The translations under genes were made by a program, and so were the position numbers. From Azolla caroliniana (taxonomy: Eukaryota; Plantae; Polypodiophyta), in NCBI GenBank assembly GCA_043228905.1, contig JBHGNT010000016.1, positions 6,014,001-6,078,000 of the forward strand: DNA of 64,000 bases, read 5' to 3'. Position 1 is the stretch's first letter. Every line of letters begins with the position of its first letter. Positions 62,806 to 64,000 of this stretch are shown here, piece after piece. The notes beneath the pieces were generated by a model. That model was not told the DNA's origin and did no database searches. It saw only the letters and a list, made by a program, of their open reading frames with translations.

Positions 62806-64000
62806 CTAGATGAGAAAAGCAAAGTAACAGGGATTAAAAATAAATTATTCTCTGGATTATAATATTCATCATCAAATTTTGCCGTTTACTCTACAGAAAT
62901 AGGATTGCTATAAGCGGCCCAAAACAATTATCCAATCATATTTCATCATGATTAAAGATTCGCAAGGAAATGAGAACCATCAAAACAACAATGTACGTAA
63001 ATTTCGTTCGGTTTATTCTTGTTTGTAACTTAGTAATCACTGTTGATTGCAACTTTTGTGGAAGGTGAGAAGCCAAAGAACTTCCTAGAGATAACAGTAA
63101 TAAATTAAATTTACAAAGTATGAGATAGAGTACTAATTTATCAATATTGCCATATTTTAATCTTTTCTAAATGATTTCCTCTTTTTCCAATCAAAGAAAC
63201 TATCAAGACTCAACATCCGATTTGTTCAGGTAGACTAAGCATCACATTTCTAAATTTCTTCAGGTTGGCTTCTAATTTGATCATGCATTCAATGTTGGCG
63301 CAGAGATCACAGACCTCAAAAGTGGTTTTGCACGCATGGGCTAATGCGGAAAGACTCCCTCCCTTGCTGTATGATTCCAGACTCACCTTTCATCTGCTGC
63401 TCTCACATCTGCTCAAACATGATTGTCAGACGCTTTACATAACCAAGAGACATCCTCACAGCCCAGCTTGCCACATTCCTTGTGGGCTCATCTGAGCCCT
63501 TCCCGTGCATTACCCTATGGCACTTATGCAAACCACCACCCCCAAATCAATCCATGTACTTCATTCTACACCCTACGATTATAAGAAGCTGGAGCAAGCT
63601 ATATTTTAGCGACATTTCATCATAGTACTATTCTGGCCATGTAGATATTACTTGGAGTCAGGTGCTGTTTCAGCCTCATCCTCCTTGTATTAAGTACACG
63701 ATCATATATTTGAATGGACGTGAATGCTGCACATCATAGAGTAAGATACTCCTCATCACTGCAGTCTCCGTGAGTCCTCTCCAATCTCCTTCTTTATTTT
63801 AGGATCATGACTGAGTGCAGAGGAGGGTAAGTGTTCATCTCACGTTAAATGGCATTTCCTTGTGGATATTATGAGAAGATGCATTGGGTGTTTTTCTTAA
63901 TTGTCTTGTGCATGTCCCAACATTCTGGGTTTATGCGTGGTACAGCAAATTGATATCCTTGGAATCCTCATGTTTGACACTGATTGCATCAATAAGCATG

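Noticed and set aside
62806-64000. Further NRPA1 exon carrying the NADFDGD region
   Set aside because: Not found; this stretch is interpreted as intron, with upstream exons outside the window.

Overview
Eukaryotic plant nuclear DNA, most likely a fern or other seed-free vascular plant. This is inferred from the style and abundance of the long PLS-class PPR genes, not proven. 1-20.7 kb holds a cluster of four intronless PLS-class PPR genes in alternating orientation (-,+,-,+). The three complete ones end at E1-E2 without a DYW deaminase. Behind the third lies a frameshifted PG-box/E+ region and a triplicated, broken DYW domain. The spacers carry hAT-type MITEs and a ~1 kb TRIM-like gypsy derivative with a tRNA-Ala primer site. 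Next come a tRNA-Pro(CGG) gene, a TTAGGG-containing minisatellite, and a multi-exon SAM-dependent methyltransferase gene (22.6-29.6 kb) with a GC-donor intron and a probable U12-type intron. About 15 kb of degenerate repeat-rich DNA follows. A type I inositol polyphosphate 5-phosphatase gene (45.0-50.0 kb) carries four tandemly duplicated exons in its N-terminal region. The window ends with the 3' part of the RNA polymerase I largest-subunit gene on the minus strand (57.4-62.8 kb, continuing beyond the window).
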